From positions 52,818-116,817 of the forward strand of contig JAWVEY010000008.1 in the NCBI GenBank assembly GCA_033856515.1: 64,000 nucleotides of DNA, written 5' to 3'. This stretch comes from Solirubrobacterales bacterium. Its GTDB lineage: Bacteria; Actinomycetota; Thermoleophilia; Solirubrobacterales; 70-9. Below the pieces are notes generated by a model. That model worked only from the letters and a program-made list of their open reading frames with translations, was not told the origin of the DNA and did no database searches. Every line of letters begins with the position of its first letter. Positions within the stretch are counted from its first letter, which is position 1. A program made the translations under genes and the position numbers. Positions 25,264 through 34,783 of the stretch are shown here, piece by piece.

Positions 25264-26543
25264 GCTGCTAGCGCCTCCGAAACGGATCCGACCGCCTTGG
25301 TGAAGCATTCCTCGTCCTTGCCGATGCATGCGGCGCTGAACCCGTTCGGGTCGTAGAGCTCGGTGGCCAGCTCGGCTACGTCGGCTTCTGACACGGCATC
25401 CACGCGCGAGATCATCTCATCGAGCGAAAGCATCTCGAGGTCGAAGAGAGTCGCGCGGGAGACACGGGACATGCGCGCTGCCGTGGACTCCATGCCCAAG
25501 ACCATGCGGCCCTTGACGTGCTCCTTCGCGCGATCGAGCTCCTCGCCCTTGACGCCCTCGTCGCGAAGGGTCGCCAGCTCGCGCCCGATGATCTCGCACG
25601 CTTCGGCGACGTTGTCCTCGCGGGTACCGACGTAAGTGGCAACCGAGCCGCGGTCGAGATACTGCTCGGCGTACGAGCCGACTGCGTAGGCGAGGCCGCG
25701 CTTCTCGCGCACCTCGCGGAAGAGCCTTGACGACACAGAGCCACCGAAGGCTGAGTCGATCACGGCAAGGGCGTAGCGGCGCTCGTCGTTTCGCGCAATC
25801 CCGGGCGCGCCGAAGCAGATGTGGTACTGCTCGGTGTCCTTGGCGTTGAAGCGAACGCGCGGCTCGCGCTCGGGCGCGCCGCCGTTGACGGCAGGCACCC
25901 CGCCCTGGGGCGCATCCACGAAGCGCTCGGTCAAGGCGACGATCTCATCGTGGTCCAAGTGGCCGGCCGCGCCGACGACCAGGCTGTCCGCGACGTAGCG
26001 GCTGCGGTGATAGTCGGCGATCTTCGGCACGGGTGTGCCAGCGATGACCTCGGCCTCTCCGAGCACGCGGCGGCCGAGCGGATGGTCGCCGTAGACGGCC
26101 TGCGCGAGGAAGTCGTGGACGCGGTCCGATGGCTCGTCCTCGTACATCGCGATCTCCTCGAGCACGACCTCGCGCTCGGAGTCGATGTCTGGAAAGGTCG
26201 GGCCGAGCATCATCTCGGCCATCAGGTCGAACGCGTCCTCGGTGTGCTCGTCGAGGAAGCGGGCGTGGATGTGCGTGGACTCCTTGGAGGTCGCGGCATT
26301 CGCCGCCGCCCCCATGCCGTCCATCTTCTCGGAGATCTCGATTGCCGAGAAGCGCTCGGTCCCCTTGAAAAGCAGGTGCTCGAGGAAGTGCGAAAGCCCT
26401 TCCTGTCCCTCACCCTCGTCGCGGGAGCCGGTCCGAACCCAAAGCCCGAGGGCGACGGATCGGACCGAGGGGACGACCTCGGTCACGACCCGTACACCGC
26501 TCGGAAGCGTTGTGAGCTCGACGTTCTCCGGAAGGGCAGTCAA
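25260..26543 (-). CDS. M16 family zinc peptidase (PepR-like)
   Basis: Inverted zinc motif HFLEHLLFKG. Sits in the conserved position between pnp and dapB. Confidence 0.85.
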   Translation of the reverse strand: MTALPENVELTTLPSGVRVVTEVVPSVRSVALGLWVRTGSRDEGEGQEGLSHFLEHLLFKGTERFSAIEISEKMDGMGAAANAATSKESTHIHARFLDEHTEDAFDLMAEMMLGPTFPDIDSEREVVLEEIAMYEDEPSDRVHDFLAQAVYGDHPLGRRVLGEAEVIAGTPVPKIADYHRSRYVADSLVVGAAGHLDHDEIVALTERFVDAPQGGVPAVNGGAPEREPRVRFNAKDTEQYHICFGAPGIARNDERRYALAVIDSAFGGSVSSRLFREVREKRGLAYAVGSYAEQYLDRGSVATYVGTREDNVAEACEIIGRELATLRDEGVKGEELDRAKEHVKGRMVLGMESTAARMSRVSRATLFDLEMLSLDEMISRVDAVSEADVAELATELYDPNGFSAACIGKDEECFTKAVGSVSEALAA

Positions 26544-26569
26544 CGGTGCTACGAGGGACGCGAGGACGC

Positions 26570-28846
26570 CTAGAGGCGCTCGCGGCCTCCTTCGCGTCCG
26601 CCGCGATCACGGCCGCCATCACGGCCACCTCGGCCGCCGCGGTCACGACCACCGTCGCGACCACCTCGGCCGCCGCGGTCACGGTTGCCACCGCCGCCGC
26701 CTCCGCCTGAGCTGGCGCCGGCGGCTGCAATCTCCTCCGGCGTCTTGCCCGCAACGGAGGGGTCCTCGGAGAGCCTCAGGCCGATCCGTCCGCGCTCGCG
26801 GTCCACCTCGAACACGGTCACGTCGATCTCATCTCCCTGGTTCAGGACGTCCTCGACGGTGTCAACCCGCTCGCCCGGCTTCACGTTCGAGATGTGAAGC
26901 AGGCCGTCGGTGCCCTTGACGAGCTCGACGAACGCGCCGAAGGTGGTCGTCTTCACGACCTTGCCCTTGAACTCGTCGCCGATCTTGGCGTCGCGCGTCA
27001 TCGCCTCGATGCGCGCGATGCATGCGTCGACCTGGGCACCGGTGGGTGCGTAGACGCGGATCGAGCCATCGTCGTCGATGTCGATCTCGGCCTCGAACTC
27101 CTCCTGCATGCCACGGATGGTCTCGCCGCCCTTGCCGATGACGGCACCGATCTTCTCGGTGTCGATCTGGATCGTCTCGATGCGCGGCGCGTACTCGGAC
27201 ATCTGCTCGCGCGGGCCGTCGATCGCCTCGGCCATCTTGTCGAGGATGAACAGGCGGCCTTGGCGAGCCTGCTCGAGCGCGTCGCGCAGGATGTCGAAGG
27301 TGACGCCCGTGATCTTGATGTCCATCTGAAGGGCGGTGATCCCGTCCTTCGAGCCGGCGACCTTGAAGTCCATGTCGCCGAGGTGATCCTCGACGCCGGC
27401 GATGTCGGTCAGGACGATGTAGTCGTCGCCTTCCTTGATCAGGCCCATCGCGACTCCCGCGACGGGGGCCTCGACCGGGACGCCGGCGGCCTGGAGGGCC
27501 ATCGACGAGGCGCAGACCGAGCCCATGGACGACGAGCCGTTCGACTCGAGCGTCTCAGAGACGACGCGCACCACGTACGGGAACTCCTCCTCACCTGGGA
27601 TGGTGGGCGAGAGCGCTCGCTCGGCGAGCGCACCGTGACCGATGTCGCGGCGCTTCGGGCCGCGCATGAAGCCGGCCTCGCCCACCGAGAACGGCGGGAA
27701 GTTGTAGTGGTGGAAGAAGGTCTTCTTCTCCTGGAGGCCCAGGTTGTCGACCTTCATGTCCATCCGGGTCGTGCCCAGGGCCACGTTGGAGAGGATCTGG
27801 GTCTCGCCGCGGGTAAAGAGCGCCGATCCGTGCACGCGTGGTGCGATGTCGACCTCGGTCTCGATCGGACGGATCTCGTCCTGAGCGCGACCATCGGGGC
27901 GCTTCTTCTCGACCGCGATGCGATGGCGGATCATGTCCTTCTCCACCTTCGCGAAGGCCCTGCCGACCTCGGCGCGGTTGTCATCGTCGCCCTCGCCCTC
28001 GCCGTAGGTCTCGAGCACGTCCTCCTCGACAGCCTTGATGGCGTCCTGGCGGGCGAGCTTCTCCTTGACCTGCGTGGCCTCTTCGAGCTTCGAGCCGTGC
28101 GAGCCCTTGATCTTCTCGATCAAGCCCTCGTCGACGCTCGGAACCTCGATCTCGCGCTTCGGCTTGCCGGCCTTCTGGGCCAGTTCGTCGAACGCGGCGC
28201 AGAGCTTCTTGATCTCGGCGTGCGCGATGTCGAGCGCGTCGAGAACCTCTGCCTCGGTCACGTAGTCGGCGCCGCACTCGACCATCAGGATGGCCTCGTC
28301 GGTACCGGAAACGACGAGATCCATCTCGAGGTCCTCCCAGGTCTCCTCACCCGGGTTGATCACGAAGTCGCCGTCGAGCTTGCCGACGCGGACAGCGCCG
28401 ACGTGCTTGGGAAGCGGGATGTCAGACACGGCGATGGCGGCGGACGAGCCGTTCATCGCGAGGATGTCGTAGGGGTGAGCGTGCTCGGCAGACATCGTCT
28501 GGCAGACGAGCTGAGTCTCGAAGTGCCAGCCCTTGGGAAAGAGTGGGCGGACCGGACGGTCGATCATGCGCGCGGTCAGGGTTGCCTTCTCGCCGGCACG
28601 AGCCTCGCGACGGAAGAAGGAGCCGGGGATCTTGCCCACGGCGTAATGGCGCTCCTCGACATCCACCGTAAGCGGGAGGAAGTCGACGTCGCGAAGATTT
28701 CCAACGGTCGCGGTGGCTAGGACCATCGTGTCCCCCGAGCTCACAACGACTGCACCCGACGCCTGTCGCGCCAGTTTTCCGGTCTCGAAGGAGATCTCGC
28801 TTTCGCCGATCTGAACCGAGACGCGGTTCACGTCAAACATGGTCAT
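26570..28846 (-). CDS. pnp: polyribonucleotide nucleotidyltransferase (PNPase) with C-terminal RGG-repeat tail
   Basis: Two RNase PH domains, KH (VIGKGGETIRGM) and S1 (GKVVKTTTFGAFVEL) domains, then the tail GGGGGGNRDRGGRGGRDGGRDRGGRGGRDGGRDRGGREGGRERL. Confidence 0.97.
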   Translation of the reverse strand: MTMFDVNRVSVQIGESEISFETGKLARQASGAVVVSSGDTMVLATATVGNLRDVDFLPLTVDVEERHYAVGKIPGSFFRREARAGEKATLTARMIDRPVRPLFPKGWHFETQLVCQTMSAEHAHPYDILAMNGSSAAIAVSDIPLPKHVGAVRVGKLDGDFVINPGEETWEDLEMDLVVSGTDEAILMVECGADYVTEAEVLDALDIAHAEIKKLCAAFDELAQKAGKPKREIEVPSVDEGLIEKIKGSHGSKLEEATQVKEKLARQDAIKAVEEDVLETYGEGEGDDDNRAEVGRAFAKVEKDMIRHRIAVEKKRPDGRAQDEIRPIETEVDIAPRVHGSALFTRGETQILSNVALGTTRMDMKVDNLGLQEKKTFFHHYNFPPFSVGEAGFMRGPKRRDIGHGALAERALSPTIPGEEEFPYVVRVVSETLESNGSSSMGSVCASSMALQAAGVPVEAPVAGVAMGLIKEGDDYIVLTDIAGVEDHLGDMDFKVAGSKDGITALQMDIKITGVTFDILRDALEQARQGRLFILDKMAEAIDGPREQMSEYAPRIETIQIDTEKIGAVIGKGGETIRGMQEEFEAEIDIDDDGSIRVYAPTGAQVDACIARIEAMTRDAKIGDEFKGKVVKTTTFGAFVELVKGTDGLLHISNVKPGERVDTVEDVLNQGDEIDVTVFEVDRERGRIGLRLSEDPSVAGKTPEEIAAAGASSGGGGGGGNRDRGGRGGRDGGRDRGGRGGRDGGRDRGGREGGRERL

Positions 28847-28957
28847 GTATTCGTGTTTTCCTTTCGGCCGCCCGATTGGCAGCTCGTTAGCTTCGATCTT
28901 TTGATCGCGGCTTAGGGTACAGACCCGCCTCGATCGGGCGAGCCGGAAGTCGTCCGC

Positions 28958-29227
28958 TTAGCGGCGCAGGCCGAGGTCGGCCACTACCTGGCGGTAGCGG
29001 TCGAGGTCTGAGCTCTGGAGATAGCGAAGGAGGCGACGGCGCTGGCCGACCAGCATCAGCAGGCCGCGGCGTGAATGATGGTCCTTTGTGTGCTCGCGCA
29101 GGTGCTCGGTGAGCGCGTTGATGCGCTCGGTGAGGATGGCGACCTGCACCTCGGCCGAGCCCGTGTCGTTCTCGGTGCGCCCGAAGCGCTCGATCAGTTC
29201 CTTCTTCTTTTCCTGCGTGACGCTCAT
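28958..29227 (-). CDS. rpsO: 30S ribosomal protein S15
   Basis: 89 aa with [28 protein letters not shown]. Confidence 0.97.
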   Translation of the reverse strand: MSVTQEKKKELIERFGRTENDTGSAEVQVAILTERINALTEHLREHTKDHHSRRGLLMLVGQRRRLLRYLQSSDLDRYRQVVADLGLRR

Positions 29228-29262
29228 CTGCGGCGGCGAAGGTTAGCGGGGGCTCGTGAGCC

Positions 29263-30171
29263 CTACTTCAAGTTGCTTCCGGGCCGCGGGGGCTTGAATC
29301 CGGCGCACAGCTCGCGCGCCTCTTCGACATCGCGCTTCATCTGTGCGATCAGGTCCTCGACGGACGGGAAGCGCTTCTCACCACGGAGACGGGCAATGAA
29401 GGCGACACGAAGGGTCTTTCCGTAGAGGTCGCCCTCGAAGTCGATGAGGTGCGGCTCGACCAACACGCCGCGCCCTGTCTCGAACATCGGACGCACCCCG
29501 ACGTGGATCGCGGCGGGATGGCCGTCGGCAAAACCGGCATACACCCCGTGCCCCGGACAGACCAGATCGTCATGCGGGACGATGTTCGCCGTCGGGAATC
29601 CGAGCTCGCGACCGCGCTTGTCGCCCTCGACCACCTCGCCTTCGAGCAGGAACGGTGCGCCGAGCGCATGCATCGCGCCTTCGACGTCGCCGGCCAGGAC
29701 GAGCGCCCGGATGCGAGTGGACGAGATCGTCTCTCCGTCAGCCTCGATGAGCGGGACGATCCGGGTCTCGAACTCCTCGCGCTCGTCGAGCATCTCGGGT
29801 GTGCCCTTCGCCTTGGCCCCGAATCGGAAGTTCTCGCCGATGGATACTCGCGTTGCGCCCAGCTTCGAGATCAGGATCTCGTCGATGAAGTCCTCGGCGC
29901 TCTTCTGGGAAAACTCCTTGTCGAACTGGATCACGACCAGCTCGTCGACGCCCAGGCCTGCGATCACGTCTCGCTTTGCATCGAAGCCCATGATCAGCTT
30001 CGGGGCAGCCTCGGGGTGGACGATGTTCACCGGGTGGGGCTCGAAGGTAAGAACGGTGTCCGAGCCTTCGATCACCTTGCGGTGGCCGACGTGCACGCCG
30101 TCGAAGGTGCCAATCGCGACCTGCCGTGGGCGCGGCTTTGCGTCGGGAAGCTGGGTGACGTCCATCGTCAT
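29263..30171 (-). CDS. ribF: bifunctional riboflavin kinase / FMN adenylyltransferase
   Basis: GTFDGVHVGH and GFPTANI motifs. Confidence 0.93.
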   Translation of the reverse strand: MTMDVTQLPDAKPRPRQVAIGTFDGVHVGHRKVIEGSDTVLTFEPHPVNIVHPEAAPKLIMGFDAKRDVIAGLGVDELVVIQFDKEFSQKSAEDFIDEILISKLGATRVSIGENFRFGAKAKGTPEMLDEREEFETRIVPLIEADGETISSTRIRALVLAGDVEGAMHALGAPFLLEGEVVEGDKRGRELGFPTANIVPHDDLVCPGHGVYAGFADGHPAAIHVGVRPMFETGRGVLVEPHLIDFEGDLYGKTLRVAFIARLRGEKRFPSVEDLIAQMKRDVEEARELCAGFKPPRPGSNLK

Positions 30172-30848
30172 GCGCCCTTTACTTTCGCAGCCTCGAAGGC
30201 ATCGGCGCGGGCGAGCGCCTCGGAGAGAGGCATCGGACCCTGCTCAGCGGCTTCCTCGACCGCGAACGGCCCGATGCGCGTGCGCCGAAGCTCCTCGCAG
30301 TAGCCGTCACCCAGATCGGCGATCAGGCTCCGGACGTAGGTGCCCGAGGAGCACTCGATCTCATACTCGGCCTCGCCGCCCTCGCGGCTCAGCTCCTCGA
30401 AGCGGTGAACGGTGACGATCCGCGGCGGCATCTCGACCTCCTCGCCGCGGCGAGCTTTCTTGTAGGCGCGCTCGCCGCCGACCTTGACCGCGGAGAAGGC
30501 GGGCGGGCGCTGGCGGATCTCGCCTGTCCGCAGCTCCACATCAGGCGGCGGGATCTTGTCCGTCCGGGTGATCTCGCCGTCACGGTCGCCCGTCGTCGAA
30601 ACGGCTCCGAAGCGAGCTGTGACGCGGTACGTCTTTCGCAAGGACATGAAGCGTGCCTGCTCGCGCGTCGCCTCACGTCCGATGAGGACGATCAGGAGGC
30701 CCGTCGCAAAGGGATCGAGCGTTCCGGCGTGGCCGACGCGCTTCACTCCGTGCTCGCGGCGCACACGGGCGACGATGTCGTGAGAGGTCGGACCGGACGG
30801 CTTGTCGGCTAGCACCACGAGCCCTGTGCCCGCGAGTTCGTCAGTCAA
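30168..30848 (-). CDS. truB: tRNA pseudouridine(55) synthase
   Basis: KPSGPTSHD and GHAGTLDPFATG motifs. Overlaps ribF by 4 nt. Confidence 0.9.
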   Translation of the reverse strand: MTDELAGTGLVVLADKPSGPTSHDIVARVRREHGVKRVGHAGTLDPFATGLLIVLIGREATREQARFMSLRKTYRVTARFGAVSTTGDRDGEITRTDKIPPPDVELRTGEIRQRPPAFSAVKVGGERAYKKARRGEEVEMPPRIVTVHRFEELSREGGEAEYEIECSSGTYVRSLIADLGDGYCEELRRTRIGPFAVEEAAEQGPMPLSEALARADAFEAAKVKGA

Positions 30849-31839
30849 GCTGCTTTGCGACCTCTGCCCGGACGAACTCGATGATCTCCGGGTAGGGCAT
30901 GTCGGTGCCGAAGCCCGCAGCGCGCTTGTGCCCTCCCCCGCCCTGCTCGCGGGCGATGATCGAAACGTCGACGGCGCCGTCGGAAGAGCGCAGGCTCACC
31001 TTGCGGGCGACGCGGCCGCCGTCGGGCTTGTCGCGGATGACGCCGGCGACGATCGTGCCCTCGAGGGCGCGCACGTTGTCAATGATCCCCTCGGTGAGGT
31101 GCTCGGAAGCGCCGGTCGCCTCGTAGTCGGCCTTAGATACGTAGGTGAGGGCCAAGCGGTCGGAGTCGAAGCGGTCGATGTTGTCGATCGCGCGGGCGAC
31201 GAGCTTCGCCTTCTCAATTGGCACGCGCTCGTACAGGCGCCGATAGATGTCGTCGACGTTCACGCCGGCCTCGATCAACTCGGCTGCCATACGGTGCGAA
31301 TCGGGGTCGGTGTTCTCGTACATGAACTTGCCCGTGTCGGTGATGAGGCCAACGTAGAGGGCCGTCGCAATCTCCTCAGTCAGCTCGGCACCCACGACCT
31401 TCGCAAGTCGCCAGACGATCTCGGCGGTTGAGGAGGCCTCCATGTCGACGTGGTTGATGCCGCCGAACATCGTGTTGTCGTGGTGGTGGTCGAGGTTGAT
31501 GATGTCGGCGCCTTCGCGCTGGAGGAAGTCGACCGGCATGCGGTCGGCGTTCCCGCAGTCGAGGAACACGAGCGTTCGGTCCTCGACGTCCGCCGGGGCC
31601 TCATGGAAGACGTCCGTGAGCGGCAGGAAGCGGTACTCGAGCGGAAGCGGGAACTCTTTGGCGTCGAGGAACATCACGGAGTCCTTGCCGAGCTGCCCGA
31701 GAATTCGATGAGTAGCGAGGAGCGACCCCAGCGCATCGCCATCAGGGCCCTCGTGCGTGGTGAGGAGGAAACGGTCCCGCTCGGCGATCGCCTCGGCGAC
31801 GGCCTCGAGGTTGGTGGTCTTTTCGGCCTGAGTGCTCAT
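30841..31839 (-). CDS. nrnA: DHH-family phosphoesterase (NrnA-like oligoribonuclease / pAp phosphatase)
   Basis: HEGPDGDALGS, LDHHHDN (DHH motif), GGGH in the DHHA1 domain. Confidence 0.85.
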   Translation of the reverse strand: MSTQAEKTTNLEAVAEAIAERDRFLLTTHEGPDGDALGSLLATHRILGQLGKDSVMFLDAKEFPLPLEYRFLPLTDVFHEAPADVEDRTLVFLDCGNADRMPVDFLQREGADIINLDHHHDNTMFGGINHVDMEASSTAEIVWRLAKVVGAELTEEIATALYVGLITDTGKFMYENTDPDSHRMAAELIEAGVNVDDIYRRLYERVPIEKAKLVARAIDNIDRFDSDRLALTYVSKADYEATGASEHLTEGIIDNVRALEGTIVAGVIRDKPDGGRVARKVSLRSSDGAVDVSIIAREQGGGGHKRAAGFGTDMPYPEIIEFVRAEVAKQLD

Positions 31840-32168
31840 TCGTCGAGCAGCCTCTGGAGTCGCTCGGTCCGCTCCGGCGTGTCGTCGTAATGGAAGGTCA
31901 AGGTCGGCGTGCGCTTCATGTGCGTCTGCGACGCGATCGCGGACTGCAGCACGCCATGCGCGGACGCGAGCGCCTTGAGCGTCGATTCCTTCTCGTCATC
32001 CGATCCGAGCACGGAAACGAACACTCTCGCGGAGCGCAAGTCAGGGCTGGTCTCGACGGCGGTAATGGTCACGAATCCGATCCTCGGATCCTCGAGCTCA
32101 GTTGAGATCGACTCCCCAAGCACCTCGCGAATCACGCCGTTGACACGTCTCATCCGGTCCGTGGCCAT
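31836..32168 (-). CDS. rbfA: ribosome-binding factor A
   Basis: RMRRVNGVIREVLGE...VTITAVETSPDLRSARVFVS. Start trimmed to MATDRM. Confidence 0.9.
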   Translation of the reverse strand: MATDRMRRVNGVIREVLGESISTELEDPRIGFVTITAVETSPDLRSARVFVSVLGSDDEKESTLKALASAHGVLQSAIASQTHMKRTPTLTFHYDDTPERTERLQRLLDE

Positions 32169-32203
32169 GGCCGATTGAGCATATAGAGAGGGCGGGTGGC
32201 GGC

Positions 32204-32503
32204 TTAGCCGCGGATGTCCTCGAGGCTTCTCAGATCCCGGTCGAATTGGCAGCCGTCCGGGCATCGGGATTCGATGAAGCGGCAGACCTCGTCGGCGCGG
32301 TCGCCCACGGAGGCCTCGCCGACCAGGGCGACCACGAGCGTTGAGCGCTGCCAGGTGTCGTGGCCATCGGTCTCGGCAACCGCAACTCCAAAGCGGCCAC
32401 GGAGCTGCTCCTTGAGGGACTTCAGGTGCTTGCGCTTGCCCTTGAGGTCGTGCGACTCACCGAAGTGGAGCCGAGCCTCGACGATGCAGACGAACGGGCG
32501 CAC
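32204..32503 (-). CDS. DUF503 (YlxP-like) protein
   Basis: 99 aa with HFGESHDLKGKR..LKSLKEQLRGRF, in the conserved slot between infB and rbfA. Confidence 0.75.
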   Translation of the reverse strand: MRPFVCIVEARLHFGESHDLKGKRKHLKSLKEQLRGRFGVAVAETDGHDTWQRSTLVVALVGEASVGDRADEVCRFIESRCPDGCQFDRDLRSLEDIRG

Positions 32504-32515
32504 CGCTCGCCGGGC

Positions 32516-34783
32516 CTACGAGTCGAGCGTCTGCTCGACCTGGCGGGTGGAGAAGACCTCGAGGATGTCGCCGACCTTGACGTCGGCGAACCCTGCGAGA
32601 ACGATGCCGCACTCCTGGCCCTCGGGCACCTCATCGACGTCGTCCTGGAAGCGGCGGAGCGATCCGATCCGGCCGGTCCAGGCGACGGTGCCGTCGCGGA
32701 TAAGGCGGACGTCTGCGCCGCGGCGGACGATGCCATCAGTCACCTCACAGCCGGCGATCATGCCGACCTTCGACGCGCGGAACGTCTGCTTGACCTCGGC
32801 CTGGCCGAGGATGTCCTCGACCTCGACGGAATCGAGCATGCCCTCCATCGCTGCGCGGAGCTCCTCGGTCACCTTGTAGATGACGGAGTACGAGCGGATC
32901 TCGACGCCCTCGGACTCCGCTGCGCGGCGGGCGTCGGCAAGGGGACGGACGTTGAAGCCAATGATGATCGCGTCGGAGGCCGAGGCGAGCATCACGTCGG
33001 ACTCGTTGATGCCGCCGGCGGCGGCGCGGATGACGTTGATGCGCACCTGCTCCTGGGGGACCTTCGCGAGCTCATCCATCAGCGCCTCGAGCGAGCCGGA
33101 CACGTCGGCCTTGAGGACGATGTTGAGCTCCTTGATGACGCCTTCCTGCGCCTTGGCGAAGACCTCGTCGAGCGTGAGCTTGCGGGTGCCGCGGCGGGCG
33201 ATCGCCTCGGTCTTCAGGCGGTGAGCGCGCTCGCCGGCGAGCTGGCGGGCGCGACGGTCGTTCTCGACAACCTCGACCCTCTCCCCCGCCTCGCAGACGC
33301 CATCGAATCCGAGAACCTCGACTGGGTCGCCGGGACCCGCCGTTTGGACCCGCTCGCCCGTATGGCTGTTCATCGCGCGAACCTTGCCCCACTGGGCGCC
33401 TGCCACAACCGAGTCGCCGATGTTGAGAGTGCCGCGTTGGATAAGGACCGTCACTACGGGCCCACGACCCGGGTCGAGATGTGACTCGATAACCGAACCC
33501 GACGCATCGGCGTCCGGGTTGGCGCGAAGCTCCTCGACCTCGGCGACCAGAAGGATGCTCTCGAGCAGCTCGTCGAGCCCCGTCTTCGTCTTGGCGGAGA
33601 CGTTGTTGAAGATGGTGTCGCCACCCCAGTCCTCGGGTTGAAGGTCCAGGTTCGCAAGCTCACCCTTGACCTTGTCGATGTTGGCCGCGTCGAGGTCGAT
33701 CTTGTTGACCGCAACGATGATCGGCACGTCGGCGGCGCGAGCGTGGTCAATTGCTTCGACCGTCTGCGGCATCACGCCGTCATCGGCCGCGACGACCACG
33801 ACCACGATGTCGGTCACGTCGGCGCCGCGTGCGCGCATCGCGGTGAAGGCCGCGTGGCCAGGCGTGTCGATGAAGCTGATTGTCTTTTCGCCCTGGTGCA
33901 CCTGATACGCGCCGATGTGCTGGGTGATGCCTCCGGCCTCGCCGGCGACAACCTCGGTCTCGCGGATCGCGTCCAGAAGTGAAGTCTTTCCGTGGTCGAC
34001 GTGGCCCATGATCGTCACGACCGGCGGACGCTCCTTGAGGTCTGTGTCCTCGTCCTCGAAGAGGATCTCCTCGGCCTCCTCCTCGGCCGCACTGACCATG
34101 TCGACCTTGCGGTCGAGGGCCTCGGCGACGACGATCACCGTCTCGTCGGGCAGCGTCTGCGTAAGCGTCGCCATCTCGCCCATCGTCATCAGCGTCTTGA
34201 TGACCTCAGCGCTCGAGAGTCCGAGCGTCTCGGCGACCTCCTTGACGGTCGCGCCCGAAGGGATCTTGATGACGGGAATCTCGGTCTCAACCGGTGCCGT
34301 AACGGGCGGCTCTTCGAGCAGCGGGCGACGGCGGCGACCACCTCGGCGGCGCGGTGGGCGCTGCGGGGGCGGTGGGCCCATCGAATCGCGGCGCGAAGCC
34401 TGCGAATCAATGACTACACGGCGGCGCTTGCCGCCTGCCGCGCCGGATGCGGTGGACGCGGCGCCGTCGCCGACCGGGCGGACGGGGCGCACGGGCTTGG
34501 CATTCTCGGCCGCGGCGGCGGGCTTCTTTTCGGCGACTGTGGGGACAGGCACCTCGTCGGCGGTGGGCTCATCTGCCTCGGTGGCGCCGGAGCCAGTCCC
34601 CGCGCCCGGTGCTTCAGTCTCGGCGGCGGGCGATGCGCCGTCGAGCGCCTTGGCTGCGACGTCTTCCTCGACGCTGGAGGCAGCGACCTTCACCTCGATC
34701 CCGGCGGCCTGAAGCTTCGCGAGGACCTCCTTCGAGGTGAGCCCGCGCTCCTTGGCGATCTCGTGGACCCGCTTCTTGGCCAT
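32516..34783 (-). CDS. infB: translation initiation factor IF-2
   Basis: GTPase motifs [21 protein letters not shown]. Low-complexity N-terminal region. Confidence 0.97.
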   Translation of the reverse strand: MAKKRVHEIAKERGLTSKEVLAKLQAAGIEVKVAASSVEEDVAAKALDGASPAAETEAPGAGTGSGATEADEPTADEVPVPTVAEKKPAAAAENAKPVRPVRPVGDGAASTASGAAGGKRRRVVIDSQASRRDSMGPPPPQRPPRRRGGRRRRPLLEEPPVTAPVETEIPVIKIPSGATVKEVAETLGLSSAEVIKTLMTMGEMATLTQTLPDETVIVVAEALDRKVDMVSAAEEEAEEILFEDEDTDLKERPPVVTIMGHVDHGKTSLLDAIRETEVVAGEAGGITQHIGAYQVHQGEKTISFIDTPGHAAFTAMRARGADVTDIVVVVVAADDGVMPQTVEAIDHARAADVPIIVAVNKIDLDAANIDKVKGELANLDLQPEDWGGDTIFNNVSAKTKTGLDELLESILLVAEVEELRANPDADASGSVIESHLDPGRGPVVTVLIQRGTLNIGDSVVAGAQWGKVRAMNSHTGERVQTAGPGDPVEVLGFDGVCEAGERVEVVENDRRARQLAGERAHRLKTEAIARRGTRKLTLDEVFAKAQEGVIKELNIVLKADVSGSLEALMDELAKVPQEQVRINVIRAAAGGINESDVMLASASDAIIIGFNVRPLADARRAAESEGVEIRSYSVIYKVTEELRAAMEGMLDSVEVEDILGQAEVKQTFRASKVGMIAGCEVTDGIVRRGADVRLIRDGTVAWTGRIGSLRRFQDDVDEVPEGQECGIVLAGFADVKVGDILEVFSTRQVEQTLDS

